64,000 nucleotides of DNA from Octopus vulgaris (GCA_951406725.2 OX597821.1:96782001-96846000), one strand, 5' to 3'. Shown: positions 14,105 through 28,590, counted from the first letter of the stretch. Translations and numbers: made by a program. The notes: a model not told the origin generated them from the letters alone.

Positions 14105-15245
14105 TTATGACGCTGCGTAAAATGTTTATGTGTAAAATTTTTGAAGCTATTACTATCAATTGTCCATGGTTAAGACAAGGTCCATTGTTAACAGAAAATA
14201 TTGCAAGTAAGAGGTGTTACCTGTCTCGGCCAACCATATGTGTTAGTCCATCATTTTGAGCAGTGTAGAACCGAGTTGTGCTCGTCCTTTTCGATTCAAG
14301 ATCACAGTTTTGTCTTAGAAATCTTTACTTAGACACCTCAACTTATTTGTTTTACTTAGAAGTCAGTCTGATGGATCCTAATTACGGTACTTTCTCTATA
14401 ATTAAGGTGCTGTTCGGGTTCACCATATTATATAATAAAGAACACATAATCTTATATTCCATTTCTACTGTTCACAGTTACATGTACCCACATACCATAG
14501 TACCCATTTACCGGGAACTGCGACCTCTAATGGCACCTGTTTCCAATTACGTTGATTATATCTCCACAAATCACCTGTGTACACTTCGGTGGCCTGTGCC
14601 TCTAAGTGACATTTATTTATAGTTAAATGGATTGTGCCACCATGTAGTATCTATTTACCTATTTACAACTGGTGCGTTGTACTTTTACATGGTACCTACT
14701 AATAGTTAAGTGAGATTTATTCTCATATGTTACATATTTGCAGGTCTACCAACATTTGGCACATTCAACTGATGGTGTATTCTACCATCTATTTACATTC
14801 GAGCTTTACATGGTTATTTAATCTGCTAAAAATAACAAAGAATGTTTTCAACACACTATCCTCTTAAGAAAAGGACATATTAACCAATGTAGTCCTAAAT
14901 AACCTTAAAAGGGGGATAACGTATCTCTGGAACTCCTTCTGTTGTAGGTTTGAACCTTTAGGGTTTTTCTGGAGCTAAACATCTTAATTACAACCGGCCA
15001 GACAATCTCCATCCTCACCATGATGTATAATTACAATGTCTTGAGAGAGTATTTAGTTCCACGTCAACCGTAATCGAGCAAACCAAAGCATTTTGGTCGT
15101 AACAATCCAGTCTTTTTTCGTTTTCGTTTTTTTTTTTTTTTTTCAGGCATTGTGAGGTTTGAATTGAAGGAGTTAATCTTCTATATCTAACAATTTGATC
15201 ATCCACAGAGAGGTTCCTTTGTTTGTTCTAGAGGTTAGATATCTT

Positions 15246-15607
15246 GGTGGCGTTCCGTCGGTTGCGAGGATGAGGGTTCCAGTTAATCCGATCAACGGAA
15301 TAGCATGCTCGTGAAATTAACGTGCAAGCACTCCACAGACACGTGTACCCTTAATATAGTTCTCAGAGAGATTCAGCGTGACACAGGATGTGACAAGGCT
15401 GGCCCTTTGAAATACAGGTACAACAGAAACAGGAAGAAAGAGTGCAAGTTGTGGCGAAAGGGTACCACAGGGTTCACCACTACCTGCTGCCGGAGCATCG
15501 TGGAGATTCAGGTGTTTTCGTTCAATAAACATTCACAACGCCCGGTCTGGGAATCGAAAGCGACCGTGAGTCCGCTTCCCTAACCACTGGGCCATTGCGC
15601 CTCCACA
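15246..15607 (-). mobile_element. tRNA-derived SINE, head C + tail 1
   Basis: Reverse complement of the family represented by 25165-25556. Confidence 0.85.
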
Positions 15608-17387
15608 GATAGATATAACATCCCATGGTTTACTGCGCTTTCAAGTTGTATTAATTTATAAGCAAATGCGTTTAACTCTTCAGCGTGCATTTTTAAAGTT
15701 AAATGGACTGTGCCTACACATGATAACTATTTACAACTTGATGAGATATAGCATACCATGGAACAGCTTGAGGGACTGTACCATTATGTGATTTTTGTTT
15801 ACTGCTTAGATCGAAATATAGCATGGTAGTCTCATATACCTGCATGAGACTAACTTGGTACCCATTTACGCTTAGACGAACTCTAAATGCCGATTAACAT
15901 GTACAAGAGATGTTAGTACGCTGGACAAAACGATTAACAGCATTTTTGAGGTTTTACATGCCGAGTTCAAGTTCTGCCGTGGTTAACTTTGCCTTTCATC
16001 TTTTCAAAGCCGATAAAATAAGTACCAGTTGCGCTCTGGGGGCCCATTCAACCGACTATCCCACCCACAAAATTTCGGGCCTCGTACCTGACGTAGAAAG
16101 AATATGTCCAAGAAAGAATATGTATCTTCCACCTGGTGGTCCCTGTCAACAGCTAGTCGCTTTGTATCAAATGAGCCACTAAAAACCTTTATTTTATTTA
16201 CTAAAACCTTTTATTTTAATTTTACCAGGGACACTAAGTAGAACCGAGAACACAACACGAACTTTACGATTACCGGTTACACTTTGATATGATCCCGATA
16301 GATATATGATTGTGACATTTGAAATAACTGGCTTTGTTTAATTAATAACTCTTGTTCTCGCAGATAGACGCATGGTAGGGTCCTCACACGTATATGTCTG
16401 TAATAAGGCTAGTAAATATTTTAAAAGATTATCTGTGTTATATATGTGTGTGTGTGCGCGCGTGCGTGTGTGTGGAGAAAGAGAGAACGAGAAGGAAAAA
16501 GAGAGATACATATATGCATACATATTTTTATACTTATAGATATGCCCATACACACACATATACAAACTGTATACGTGTGTGTGTGTGTGTGTGTGTGTGT
16601 GCAGACAGAAATAAAGAGTGGGATGGAAGGGAGGGTGAGAAACGATGGTGATTAAACTAAATTGAAAATGATACAAAGAAATGTAATTATTTATTCATAT
16701 TCAGCTAAAAAGTTCTGCGATATGAAATCCCAACGGAGTTTGAACTTGGAACGCCAAGGTTGCTAGCTGAATTGCTGGATGATTAACTTCGCTTCAATTA
16801 ACATACATACTTGCATACATACATAAACATAGATAGATAGTGCGCATATACATACATACATACGCACGTACATACATACACACACACGCACGTACACATA
16901 CATACATACATGCAAACATACATACATACATACATACATACATACATACATACATACAAACATACATACATACATACATACAAACATACATACATACATA
17001 TATACATACATGCAAACATACATACATACATACATATATACATACAAACATACATACATATATACATACATACATACATACATACAAACATACATACATA
17101 CATACATACATACATACATACATACATACATACATGATGTGAGTAAATGCATTAGTGACAATCTGAATAAGCTAGTGTTTTCAGAAAAAGAAATCAACTA
17201 GCTAACTTGCACATTACAAACACAATCTGTGAGTGGAACTGTAAAAATCTGCAAGACTTTCCTCAAGTTTTAAGTGTGACATTGTTTTGTTATCTACATA
17301 CTAACGATGGAGTTTTGTGTCTTTATTAGAAACCCGATTCTTCTTCAGAGGAAGAATTTAAATATAAAAATAACTGAAGAGAACATA

Positions 17388-17974
17388 CGAGGGGATACTG
17401 AAGAGTTCTTTGCTTTAAGGATAACATGAAAGGCCTGGAAGGAGGCCCAACCTTCCAAGTTCTTTCACAAAGCTTAGAAAGGCTGAAGGACCGCTGCAAT
17501 AAGTCCGTGAATCTGAGAGGGGACTATCTATTATATAAAATCCGTTCTGATGCCTGTGTGTGTGTCTTCTAGGATCTCAGGCATCCTCCATCCGATTGCG
17601 CTCAAATTTGATATGTAGATACCGACAGTATCAGGGTGTGTATAAGTTTTGAAGAAAATTACAAAAGTCGATTCCAGATGAGAATGCGATCGATAAAGTG
17701 AATAAAATCGTTTTTCTTTGGTATAGAAAAAAAGTCTATCTTTATTTCTTCTTTTGCTGGTGTCTCAAATTTAGGTTAAATCAGTGTTTCTCAAAGGGGA
17801 AGCCTATGGGACGATCGGACAAGTTGTTTTGAGAAAATTTGGTTTAAATGTTTGACAACTCAGCACCGTCTATTGGACGTGGAGGGCGTTCTGCTCGTGT
17901 TCAATAAAATCATAATTAACTGATCCTCCTGTATTTTCTATTACTTAAAGCCAGAAACTTTTCAGCACCCCTCA
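17388..17974 (+). mobile_element. Mariner-derived deletion derivative, interrupted by a Helitron
   Basis: TA-flanked imperfect TIRs CGAGGGGATACTGAAGAGTTCTTTGCTTTAAG / CTTAAAGCCAGAAACTTTTCAGCACCCCTCA. Removing the insert restores the transposase end ...KSVNLRGDYVQ*. Confidence 0.75.
17527..17897 (+). mobile_element. Non-autonomous Helitron-like element (family H2, short form)
   Basis: A|TC start, CTCG|T end and no TSD. A longer copy lies on the minus strand at ~53375-54053. Confidence 0.75.
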
Positions 17975-18697
17975 TACATACATATACGTTTATGGTTCTC
18001 CGTCGTTCAATGATGAGATTCAACTGTTCGTTCAATTCAATTACGTCGAATTAAAGTGTTAGTGGCTGAAGATTCCAAAGACACAACTACTTTTAACATT
18101 ATTCTCTGACAGTCGCAGAATGTTAGATAAGGTTGTTTCTTTGAATCATGGGTCCAATTCAGCTGATGATCTTCTATAGCTTCAGATAACTCGATTTTGT
18201 TCAAAGTGTAACGGTCAACTCTTGGCTAGAGAAAAATGACATATAGCTAAAATGCCACTTAGTGGGATCGAAACCGAGACTCTCTGGGTGTGGAGTTTTA
18301 TATATATAATATACATCATATACATCTGTATATCTATAAAAGGCAGGATGTATGTGTGTGTGTATGTTTATGTGAATGTAATTTATGCACGTCCACAAAT
18401 TATCACACATGTCGCTCCAATTTTAGGAAGACATTCGTCACTATCCAAGCTGGGTTTCGTCAACTTATTTTTCCCGAGGCAACCCGCGGATAGCGGTAAA
18501 AATCGATTTTCAACCATAACTTTTACCAATTTTGAAGCTTGCTAACATGAATTAAGTCCCTTCTTGCCATAGCGAAGTGAAAGTGTGTGTGTGAGGGAGA
18601 GAGAAGTTGTGTGCTGTGAGAAATTCACAAAAAACAAAAGACAGAGACAGGAGGTGTAGACTACAAACAGATATATTAGTATAACGCTCGAGAAGTG

Positions 18698-18763
<66 letters not shown>

Positions 18764-21261
18764 GAGGATTGGTAGGATAGATGAGAAGGCAAACACTGCG
18801 GATTTAATTCTTTACGTTTTGAGTTTAAATCTGGGAGGTAGATTTTGAACTGTTTACCATATACCATCAAGTGGAGAATCGTAAAGAATCCATGCCATAT
18901 GTAAATGGAGCTAAGAAATGAAACTTATGCGCAGCTGAAAGATCGCACATTCTTTTTATATCCTAAAATTCTACCACACTACTTAATTCCAGATTCGAAA
19001 TTTTCAGCAAATGAAAGCATATGGACAAATTGTTTTTAACGAACTGGCAAAAAACAACTCTCTGGATTGAGCAGCTGTTTCGCAGACTTTGGGCTCTTCT
19101 CCCTTGAATAATTCTACAACAACTAGTTTAATTATGACATCTACGGTGTCTTAATGGCAATAAACTATCAGTAGCTTTAAATTTTGATACTGTGTACTTT
19201 AAATAATATTTAGCTCTCACTGGATGGAGTACTTCTTTTTGTTGATCTTACCTCAACGAAACAGTAAACTATATATATAACTATTATGGAAACAGTATCA
19301 AATTAATATAAATTATGATAATTAATTTCTAATTCATACTATTCAAATGAGCAATGCGCGCATGCTCATGCGAATATTTGTGTTTTGCTAATGTGAATGA
19401 GTCAAGAATTCGAGAATGTAAGCAACAACGAGAATATGAGAACGAAAACGATGCGTTTGGAAGGAGGTGTTTCGGGATGTGTGATCTTCCTCGTTGCTCT
19501 TGCCCTTACAGCTTTTGTGAACTTGTGATTGGTACATTTTAAACCTGTAAGTTCAAATGCCAAAATAATTAAACTTCGTCCCACTGAACTTCACAAGGTG
19601 TGTTGGCTCACTTAGAGTACTGGTCTTTTCAACCAACGGTGGAGTGGAATGGAGTGTCACATACGATAAAAGAGCACCGAAAGAGATAGTTTTTTTAAAT
19701 ATTTAGTTACATCCTTTAATATTACACGATCAAATGCATCCGTTGTCAGATTTGCCTTTCTGGATCAATAAGATAGATACCAGTCAAGTTCCGGTGCTGA
19801 TTGAATCGACGATACTATTCTTTAAAATCTGTGAACTTTTAAAAATCGAAGTCGATGGCAGATTCGGTAGTGAGTCGGACGATAAAATATTCCATCCACG
19901 GCATTTCGTATTATTCATCGCTTTCTGAGTTCATATCCCAGCATGGTCAACTTTGTCATTCATATTTCTGGGATTTATTAAAATAAGTCGCAGCCGTTGA
20001 TGTTGATTAGAAGCAAATCAACTTTGAGAAAGTAGATTTATTATGAAGAGCATTCTATCCGCCTTCATTCGGTTTTGGTTTTTTCTTTAAATTTCTATTC
20101 AGGCATAAGGTGTTTATAATGATAGTTTTGTCCTGTCGGTAAAATTTATAGACAAATTAAATCAAATCTGCTTTGCATTATTTTTAAATAATTTGATACA
20201 CAATATATTATAAATTCACATCCTTAGAATAGTGTAAATTATAGAGTGCCATAATTGATACAAGGTGAAGTAATTTGAAACTAATTTACCGATGCAGTTC
20301 AGAGTGATATATATGAGAAGAGACAATAACGTGAAATTCCACGAACTACTCCCATTAAAACTTGTTGCATCACTGATCATTTATAACTGATTATCTCGGA
20401 CAATCACACAGTAGCTGCTACAGTGCTAATAATTACGTCACATGTCTTGAACAAATTGATCAGGCAAACAATATAGATGTACGATCCTAAAATATTTTAA
20501 CATTTGCTTCAAGAATTTAATGTAAAATTTCAATATTGTCCAATATTAACTTAAATTAAACATATCTTAACAAAATCTACAATAGCTTGCTCGTGAAATT
20601 AACGTACAAGCACTCCACAGACACGTGTATCCTTAATATAGTTCTCAGAGAGATTCAGCGTGACACAGAGTGTGACAAGGCTGGCTCTTTGAAATACAGG
20701 TACAACAGAAACAGGAAGAAAGAATCTATAATAAGTTCTATAATATTTAGCATAATGAAACAATATTGTGAAGATATATAAATGTTTCCATTAAAATAGA
20801 AATAACATTGATACTACGTATAGTTTTAATGGAACTTGCCAGTTATAAATAATTAATATATTGTAAGAACATGTATAAGTGTTACAGAATGAGGGAAGCA
20901 TTAGCAAACAGGCAGTGCTGGTAGGGCTGTCTGGAAACACTGTGCCTCTAAGCAAAGGTTTTGCCAGTTTATACCGGTACTCATACAATAGCTTAAAGGA
21001 TAACAGACTAGTCTAATTCTTCCCAATACATTTTTCTCTATTTAGGACGATAGGGTGTGAGTTCAGGTGTATTTGGTTGCTATTTCTAGCATGTAGAGCT
21101 ACTACATAGAGACTCTCTGGTATAATAATTAGTAATTAGGATTTTCAAACCAGTTACTCAGTCATATGACGAAACTCCGAACAAACCTCGGTTGTACCAA
21201 AACTAAAACCCATTTAAATTATGAGAAAGCAGGAAAAGTACTAAAAAGTTTCAAAAATTCT

Positions 21262-21674
21262 GGCGCAGGAGTGGCTGTGTGGTAAGTAGCTTGCTAACCA
21301 GCCACATGGTTCCGGGTTCAATCCCACTGTGTGACATCTTGGGCAAGTGTCTTCTGCTATAGCCTCGGGCCGACCAAAGCCTTGTGAGGGGATTTTGTAG
21401 ACGGAAACTGAAAGAAGCCCGTCGTATATATGTATATATATGTGTATGTGTGTGTATATGTTTGTCTGTGTTTGTCCTTCTAGCATTGCTTGACAACCGA
21501 TGGTGGTGTGTTTACGTCCCCGTCACTTAGCGGTTCGGCAAACGAGACCGATAGAATAAGTACTGGGCTTACAAAGAATAAGTTCCGGGGTTGATTTGCT
21601 CGACTAAAGGCGGTGCTCCAGCATGGCCGCAGTCAAATGATTGAAACAAGTAAAAGAGTAAAAGAGTAAAAGAG
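21262..21674 (+). mobile_element. SINE family A
   Basis: Full head-to-(GTAAAAGA)n copy. Confidence 0.9.
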
Positions 21675-22328
21675 CAGTTCATCAATTTTTAACCCTTTAG
21701 CATTCAGATTACTCTAGCAAATGTAATACTTACTTAATCACATCATTTTGAATTTATCATGCAAAATCTTGTAGCTTTAAGATTTCAATGACGAGATTAT
21801 TAGTTTTTAAAATGACATTGTATGGTAGGCGTGAGAGGCTTAATCTTTGTCATTTTGAGCATAAAATAGGTAGAACATTAGGGCCTGATATAGCCGGCTT
21901 AAATACTAAAGGCTTCGACTCGGAGTGAAAAGCAAAACATAACAGTAATAAAACTATGTTAAGTGTGCAATGTTGAAATAACAATCCACAAAACCAATTT
22001 AGTAAAGTATACTTATTCAAATAAACACAAGAAAATATCGCTGTAATTAACTCAAATTTTAAATAAACTATTTTCATGCAGTTTTCCCCTCGTAGCGAAA
22101 TAATAAAATTAGAATTTCAGTCAATAGCATTTGTAGCTTATCATGCAAGTATCGATCATGTAGGAATTATTTTATCATCAACTGCAGTTGTTTTGAAACT
22201 GCATTGCTCAAAACGTATGTCACTTATAAGAGTATTATTATTCCTTCTTTACTAAAAGATCAAACTGAAAACTAATAATAATCTGCTTTTAATTTTGGGA
22301 TGTGTCGATTAATATTGCTTGTGAAAAG

Positions 22329-22363
<35 letters not shown>

Positions 22364-23032
22364 CGCGTGTGCTAGATATAACAATAAGCGATAAGATAAG
22401 ATTGCATCAAATTATACCACTTTATAGTGTTATTCATTATTGCAAAACTCCTGCTGAAGTGTTGTATCAAATTGTGAAAAAAAGTATTCAGTGACATGGG
22501 GATTACTATTAAAGCTTTTTTTTACGTTGTTGCAACAGACCTTTGAGACGTTAAAAATTCTCTTTATAAGTTAATGACATTAGATAACCCAATGCTGATT
22601 CCCATAAAAACTGCTTGCCAGTTTTTCCATTCAGCATGTTCCCACGTTGATGAAGAATTATTTTTAAACATTGCTTACCGGTTAAGAGAACTTACAACTG
22701 GTTTCATAGAATCTTACATGAAGATACATAAATAAATTAATCAACGGTAGGGAAGAATTACAGAAAATGGGTCTTTATTCCGTCACAAGGTAATTAATGA
22801 GAAGTAACAGCGTAAAAAGTAGAGTAAGCCAGTGGCATGCATAAAATTTACATTTTCAAAAAGCAACTTCTAGTTACAATATCTATTATGCAAGGGAATT
22901 ACGCGCAATTTACTCAGATACAGCTGAAGAACTTCAACATTTATGAGACATGACTACACTGATTGAATTTGATAAAATTAATCTTGTGTTCCAAAATGAA
23001 ATTGCAGTTATTAGAGTATCACAGAGTATCAT

Positions 23033-23460
23033 GGCACAGGAGTGGCTGTGTGGATGGCGCAGGAGTGGCTGTGTGGCAAGTAGCTTGCTTACCAACCACA
23101 TGGTTCCGGGTTCAGTCCCACTGCGTTGCACCTTGCGCAAGTGTCTTCTACTATAGCCTCGGGCCGACCAAAGCCTTGTGAGTGGATTTGGTAGATGGAA
23201 ACTGAAAGAAGCCCGTCGTATATATGTATATATGTGTGTGTGTTTGTATGTCTGTGTTTGCCCCCCTAGCATTGCTTGACAACCGATGCTGGTGTGTTTA
23301 TGTCCCAGTCACTTAGCGGTTCGGCAAAAGAGACCGATAGAATAAGTACTGGGCTTACAATGAATAAGTCCCGGGGTCGAGTTGCTCGATTAAAGGCGGT
23401 GTTCCAGCATGGCCACAGTCTAATGACTGAAACAAGTAAAAGAGTAAAAGAGTAAAAGAG
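23033..23460 (+). mobile_element. SINE family A with duplicated first ~22 nt
   Basis: GGCACAGGAGTGGCTGTGTGG precedes the full head at 23056. Confidence 0.9.
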
Positions 23461-23858
23461 ATCTGTGAAGTTTTGCCTTCTCTATGCTTGCTGGAATTTT
23501 ACATCATTAATATGTGGATCTGGAAACGAATTTTGACATTGATTTACAGTACCTTTTAAACTATTGACTTGTGACACCACTTCTATAGTATATTCACCGG
23601 TAAATCTGCACAGAAATATATGCCAATTTCAAGAGTAAAAATGAAACTTGAAGAACAAAACATTTGCCACTATAATCTTACCCTAAGCGGATCCATGTTG
23701 CAGAGAGGCTCAGTCATCTACATAGAAAAATATGAAAGAACTTAGTGAAGAAGACAATGAAATTTTTACTACATTTAATTTTTAATTTTTAAACCTGAGA
23801 ATTTTATAGAATATTATATTAAATGATCCAACTAAGTAAATGAGTACTCAACAACAGA

Positions 23859-23900
<42 letters not shown>

Positions 23901-23906
23901 ACACAT

Positions 23907-23983
<77 letters not shown>

Positions 23984-23986
<3 letters not shown>

Positions 23987-24281
23987 AGGCGCAATGGCCC
24001 AGTGGTTAGGGCAGCGGACTCGCGGTCGAAGGAACGCGGTTTCGATTCCCAGACCGGGCGTTGTGAGTGTTTATTGAGCGAAAACACCTAAAAGCTCCAC
24101 GAGGCTCCGGCAGGGGGTGATGATCCCTGCTGTACTCTTTCACCACTCTTTCTCTCTCTCTCTCTTTCTTCTGTTGGCCTGCTCGCTTAGCCAGCGGGGT
24201 GGCGTCATTCGAAGGCTAAAACATTGTGACCAGCGATGTGTAAAACATCTGATGGTCTGGTCGGTCACGTGATCACGTGAT
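23984..24281 (+). mobile_element. tRNA-derived SINE, head C + tail 2
   Basis: Same head as 25165 but with a different 3' part ending GGTCACGTGATCACGTGA. Second copy at 30971-31264. Confidence 0.85.
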
Positions 24282-24536
24282 ATATATATATAATCATAAG
24301 ATCCAAGGATCTAAGTGTAGGAAGTTAGTAAGCTTGGAGCAGTCCGTGGTAGGTATAAAAAAAACAACAAATCATATCTTCGGTGAGTTAACTTGGGATC
24401 CCTTAACGACAATGTAACCTTCATATATCTAAGGTATCTTCCGTTGAGTACTCCTCGTTGAGTAATTATTACATCAGAAGATCTCTCTAGCTAGGAAACA
24501 TATGTAGCCTGAATTTTACCTGCTCCACTCCCTCAA

Positions 24537-24584
<48 letters not shown>

Positions 24585-24597
24585 TGTGTGTGTGTGT

Positions 24598-24810
24598 GCG
24601 GCGAGCTGGTAGAAACGTTAGCTCGCCGGGCGAAATACTTAGCAGTAATTCGCCTGCGGTTACGTTCTGAGTTTAAATTCCGCCGAGGTCGACTTTGCCT
24701 TTCATCCTTTCGGGGTCGATTAAATAAGTACCAGTTACGCACTGGAGTCGATATAATCGACTTAATCCGTTTGTCCCCTCTGTGTTTAGCCCCTTGTGGG
24801 TAGTAAAGAA

Positions 24811-24811
<1 letters not shown>
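24598..24811 (+). mobile_element. SINE family B, monomer
   Basis: GCGGCGAGCTGG...GAGTTYAAATTCCGCCGAGGTCGACTTTGCCTTTCATCC... core, present in many copies in the window. Confidence 0.85.
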
Positions 24812-24902
<91 letters not shown>

Positions 24903-25164
24903 TCTGAGAGAGGAGCTGGTTTATAACAAAGATACAAAACTCCATCGTTTCACTGTAGATAACAAAAACAATGTCACATTTTAAATTTGAAAAAAGCCTC
25001 ACATACTTTCACTATTTCACTTAGAGATTGTATTTAACGTACTATTAACTGGTTGATTTCTTTTTCTGAAACCCTTAGCTCATTCAGATTTTCACTTAGG
25101 CATTTACTCACAAAACTAAGTGCACCAATTATTATCGTTACAAATGTGAATTTATAATCGGGAT

Positions 25165-25556
25165 GTGGAGGCGCAATGGCCCAGTGGTTAGGGCAGCGGA
25201 CTCGCGGTCATAGGATCGCGGTTTCGATTACCAAACCGGGCGTTGTGAGTGTTTATTGAGCGAAAACACCTAAAAGCTCCACGAGGCTCCGGCAGGGGAT
25301 GGTGGTGATCCCTGCTGTACTCTTTCACCACAACTTTCTCTCACTCTTACTTCCTGTTTCTGTTGTACCTGTATTTCAAGGGGCCGGCCTTGTCACTCTC
25401 TGTGTCACGCTGAATATCCCCGAGAACTACGTTAAGGGTACACGTGTATGTGGAGTGCTCAGCCACTTACACGTTAATTTCACGAGCAGGCTGTTCCGTT
25501 GATTCGGATCAACCGGAACCCTCATCGTCGTAACCGACGGAGTGCTTCCACACACC
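25165..25556 (+). mobile_element. tRNA-derived SINE, head C + tail 1, with 11-bp TSD
   Basis: TSD ATAATCGGGAT at 25154-25164 and 25557-25567. A box TGGCCCAGTGG, B-box-like GTTTCGATT. Confidence 0.92.
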
Positions 25557-25574
25557 ATAATCGGGATATAGTAG

Positions 25575-26500
25575 CTAGAGGCACTGGAATAGCTGACCAT
25601 AGCTTTTCTCTTTCTCTTTCATCTTCGAAGAAACATTCACATTAACAAGGCAGCTGACCTCTATGACGGGACATACATTTTCAACAATATCCAGTTTGTT
25701 ATGTCTACACTTCACAGAAGTTTCGATGGGAATTTCCACTAATATTCCTAATGTTGATGTTTGTGCATGTATTCAATAACAGGAGGAGTCTCTCTACTTA
25801 TTCTGGGATAGCCTTTTTTCGAATAACATTGTATATTGTTTTAGCGTCAACGTTGTGTCGCATTGTGAGGTAGTACCTTGATAACACTTTTGGGCAGCCG
25901 TAAATCACATGTGGGATGTCATTCAAAGAAATGTGACATAATCTACATTTTCGGTTGCATCATGAGGCTCGAAGGATTTCACTTTCCTTTTGTTCACAAA
26001 GTAATTCGTAGCAATCGCCTTCGTAGCTTTCGAGCTGAGATATATTATATAGCAGTCACAAGACCCACACATGTTGCACTCCATGTCGATATTATTATAT
26101 TCATCAAGTCTTCGGGAAATATATCCATGCATTGTCTTTCTTTGGTATGCTGAGCGTTTCCCATCCAGGTCTTCTTTGAGGTATGTTAGTCCGGTCGTTT
26201 TGTGGCTGTATGGGATGTCATCAGGAAGATAGCATCCTATAGCCTTGACAAAGACGGGGAACTCACTTTCGATTAATAGGAAGTTGTTCTCTTCGCTTTT
26301 CAGCTCGAAGTTTATGTATTTACTGTTGCTGGTGTTGTCAGCTCGCTCTCGAGCGCTATTAGTTACATGTAACTCAGTACAACCTGATGCATTGTCACGT
26401 CATTGGCTACTAAACCGGTAAACCCCACCAAGCTTGCATGGTAAAGAGGGTGACTTATTGGACACCTTTCGGGACACAAGAGAGTCAATGAACATCCAAA
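25575..26500 (-). mobile_element. Decayed R4/Dong-type (RLE endonuclease) non-LTR retrotransposon fragment
   Basis: Frameshifted minus-strand translation gives KCRLCHISLNDIPHVIYGCPKVLSRYYLTMRHNV (CCHC knuckle + RHN), ...KCRHNKLDIV and ...VIEVSC, typical of restriction-like endonuclease LINEs. Confidence 0.7.
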
Positions 26501-26507
26501 AGTGTGC

Positions 26508-26585
<78 letters not shown>

Positions 26586-26686
26586 TTTAAAATTGAATAA
26601 GGGTAGAAATTGATATTAATCAATTAAAACCAGTGGCCTAGCATATTAAAAAAATCCGAAGATTAAAATATTTTTTACATACAAAA

Positions 26687-26840
26687 TTTAAAGGACTGAC
26701 CACTAAAAGTGGACGGTCAATATGCTAGATATAGACGTCAAAATCGCTATTTTTCTTGAGAACACATTCTTCGTGGAAAATAGCGATTTTTACGTCTATA
26801 TCTAGCATATTGACCGTCCACTTTTAGTGGTCAGTCCTTT

Positions 26841-26843
<3 letters not shown>
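26687..26843. repeat. ~157-bp near-perfect hairpin
   Basis: TTTAAAGGACTGACCACTAAAAGTGGACGGTCAATATGCTAGATATAGACGT... and its reverse complement, separated by a ~20-nt loop. Confidence 0.9.
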
Positions 26844-26909
<66 letters not shown>

Positions 26910-27796
26910 TTCTGATAAGGTATGCGCAGGGACGTCGGATGCAGTAAGTCCTCCGGGTATGTGGTACCCCTCGTCTTTGCCAAGGCAGCTCTCTAGAAGA
27001 AGGCTAACTCGTATGAAAACTTAAAACCTGTTGCGATACTGACCCGGATATCTAGCGCTTTGCTTGTCTCTGTGTTACACGGTGTTGTCTGCGTGAGTCG
27101 TTGTGGTGTTGTGCAAGCCGCACTCGGCTTAATACATTTGCCCGGACATTGCTGATACTCCTTGCCATGCTCGTCCACTGTGTAGACAGCCATCATGTAT
27201 GTATGAATATAGGTACGTATGTCTGTATCCAAGCGTGTACGTAAGTATGTATGCATCCATGTATATACATACGTACATATGTATGTATCCGTGCATGTAC
27301 GCACGTACGTATGTATCTATGAATGTACGTACGTATGTAGGTATCCATGCATGTACGTACGTACATACGTAATTATGTATCATGCATGTACGTATATATG
27401 TATGTATGTATGTATATATGTATGTATGAATGTATGTATGCATATATGCATGTGTACATATATTAATGCATGCATGTACTATGTACGTACTATATATGTA
27501 TGTATGAATGTATGTACGTTTGTTTGTATGTATGTATATATGCATGCATGTATGTGTGTGTGTATGTATGTATGTATGTATGTATGAATACATTTATGCA
27601 TCATTTGCAAGTTATAATTCATTTTGTGCAATTAACACAAACCACTACCTTTCTGATAATTTTGCACCACAACATACGCGAGCTAAAAAAAAAACTATAC
27701 CAATCATCAACTAATATTATTTTTTTCCGACCATAACAAATTCTGTTATGTTAACTTTATCATCTTTCTGGTATTGATGAAATAGAAATATATATT

Positions 27797-28182
27797 CTTT
27801 TCTACTCTAAGCACAAGGCCCGAAATTTGGGGGGAGGGGGCCAATCGATTAGTACGCAGCTAGTACTTAATTTATCGACCCCGAAAGGATGAAAGGCAAA
27901 GTCGACCTTGGCGGAATTTGAACTCAGAACGTAAAGACAGACGAAATACCTATTTCTTTACTACTCACAAGGGGCTAAACACAGAAGGGGCAAACAAGGA
28001 CAGACAAACGGATTAAGTCGATTATATCGACCCCAGCGCGTAACTGGTACTTATTTAATCGACCCCGAAAGGATGAATAGCAAAGTCGACCTCGACGGAA
28101 TTTGAACTCAGAACGTAGCGGTAGACGAAATACCGCTAAGCATTTCGCCCGGCGTGCTAACGTTTCTGCCAGCCCGCCGCCT
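27797..28182 (-). mobile_element. SINE family B, dimeric form, 14-bp TSD
   Basis: Two tandem cores. Flanks are TAGAAATATATATT (27783-27796) and TAGAAATACATATT (28183-28196). Confidence 0.88.
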
Positions 28183-28260
28183 TAGAAATACATATTAAGT
28201 ACTGGTATTGATACAATTGACTGTTCTCTTGTTGCAAATTTTCAGACCTTATCTAACGTG

Positions 28261-28590
28261 TGAATGCGCATGTTTCAGTGGTTATGGAGCTCACAAGCAT
28301 GAGGTAGTGATTTCGATTCCCGGACTGGGCTGTGTATTGTGTTCTTGAGCAAGCCACTTTATTTCATGTTGCTCCAGTTCACTCAGCCATAGAAAAGAGT
28401 TCGACGTCACTAGTGGCAAACTGTATCATCCTTTGGCTTATCCTTGGATGACATCAGTGGCGTGGAGAGCGGAGACTGGTATGCTTAGGTGAGTGCTGGT
28501 CTTCCATATATAATCTAGCCTGGTTGGTAACTTTCTAGGTGCAATCCCATGATCATTCGCGACCGAAGGGGGCTTTTACCCTTTACCTTT
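28261..28590 (+). mobile_element. tRNA-derived SINE, head D-like + tail 3
   Basis: Head ...TTCGATTCC...CTTGAGCAAG...TTGCTCCAGTTCACTCAGC is shared with 31821 and 56617. The tail ends in (TTTACC)n. Confidence 0.65.
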
